NCBI GenBank assembly: GCA_907165135.1
Contig: OU015567.1
Span: forward strand, 13,330,001 to 13,394,000
Length of the DNA stretch: 64,000 nucleotides
From: Oikopleura dioica
Lineage: Eukaryota > Animalia > Chordata
Direction: 5' to 3'
The notes under the pieces are model-generated. The model searched no databases. It worked only from the letters and a program-made list of their open reading frames with translations, and had not been told where the DNA came from. Each line of letters begins with the position of its first letter. The first letter of the stretch is position 1. Of this stretch, positions 62,993 to 64,000 are shown in pieces. Made by a program: the position numbers and the translations under genes.

Positions 62993-64000
62993 ATGCTCAA
63001 ATGTTCTCATATCTTGGGAAGAGTCCTGCGTAAATCGAGTTGGAAGTATCCGAAAGATAAAATCCGCAATTTTTCTATCATCGCTCATGTTGGTATGAAT
63101 AACGCTAGTACTTTTATATGGGTATTGTTTGTAGACCATGGCAAGAGCACATTAGCAGACAGAATCTTGCAGATATGCGGCCACCAAGTTGATCGAAAGC
63201 AGACCCTGGACACGCTTGATGTTGAGCGCGAGCGAGGCATAACAGTAAAGTCAGTTGTTGCATCGGTCAAACATACGGTGAACGGAGAAGACTATTTGCT
63301 CAATCTAATTGATACTCCTGGCCATGTTGATTTCAGTTGGGAGGTGCAGAGATCATTGACAGCTTGTGAAGGCGTTCTTCTTGTGGTGGATGCGTCTCAG
63401 GGAGTCCAAGGAATGGTTCGTGAGATTATAGAGTTCTTTGCGAGGTTTTATTTTCTAAAAACCAAAATGAGCTCAGACAATGGCAAATTTCTATGTCGCG
63501 TTCGATCTTGGCCTATCCGTTATTCCAGTGTTAAATAAAGTGGATCTCCCGCATGCAGATGTTGACAAAACGATGATGGAGTTGAATCAGATGTTCGACA
63601 TTGAATTTGAAGAATGCCTCTCAATATCTGCAAAAAGTGGCATGGGTGTTACAGAAGTGCTGGACGAGATTGTCAATAGAATACCTCCTCCACTGCCAAT
63701 TGACGTAAGTGGGGGTGCTCTCTGGTGTTTTGATGCATCAATCGGCGGTCACTCAGGATCAGAATTAAAAATTTATACCAAATGCATGTATCAATCGTAT
63801 GTCTGCTTGTTTGTTTAATATTGAAAAGGGAGAATCAACTATGTAAAAATATTGGACGCGTTCCTATCCTCCCTGGCGATCGTTTCTTCCCCTGCAGTGA
63901 TAAATCTGATTTGATGAGTATCAAAGATGTCGGACGCTGCTTTCCGGATTTACAGCCAGATCCTGAGGGATTACTTCCTGGACAAATTGGCTACTTCTCA
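62993..64000 (+). CDS. GUF1: Mitochondrial translation factor GUF1/EF-4 (LepA), truncated by the window end
   Basis: [51 protein letters not shown]. Confidence 0.95.

Noticed and set aside
1-64000. tRNA, rRNA or transposase genes
   Set aside because: None recognised by eye; tRNAscan-SE/Infernal would be needed to exclude them formally.

Overview
Eukaryotic DNA, not prokaryotic. The compact gene packing, 38-65 nt introns, frequent GA-AG/GC-AG introns and very short same-strand intergenic gaps point to an appendicularian tunicate, most likely Oikopleura dioica (inference from architecture, no database search). I rebuilt about 24 spliced genes by hand: trihelix/Myb-SANT factor, PTDSS2, FAM13 RhoGAP, an SLC6 transporter, M1 aminopeptidase, RSPH1, an HCN channel, a minus-strand block of orphan genes (23.4-33 kb), then a 27-kb plus-strand housekeeping run (anillin, NOL11-like, TFIIA-gamma, WDR33, ARP1, C2H2 zinc finger, BOP1, EHBP1, YEATS4, PHD-JmjC, partial GUF1). 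Five non-autonomous DNA transposons are present. The top observation is a 948-bp foldback element with an 8-bp target duplication inserted inside a coding exon of ARP1; it can only be removed in frame through non-GT donors. Other highlights: an orphan protein with 11 GFYY repeats that the ORF track only partly captured, and a consistent AG|GA / AG|GC donor signature. Exon boundaries were deduced by eye and need RNA-seq confirmation.
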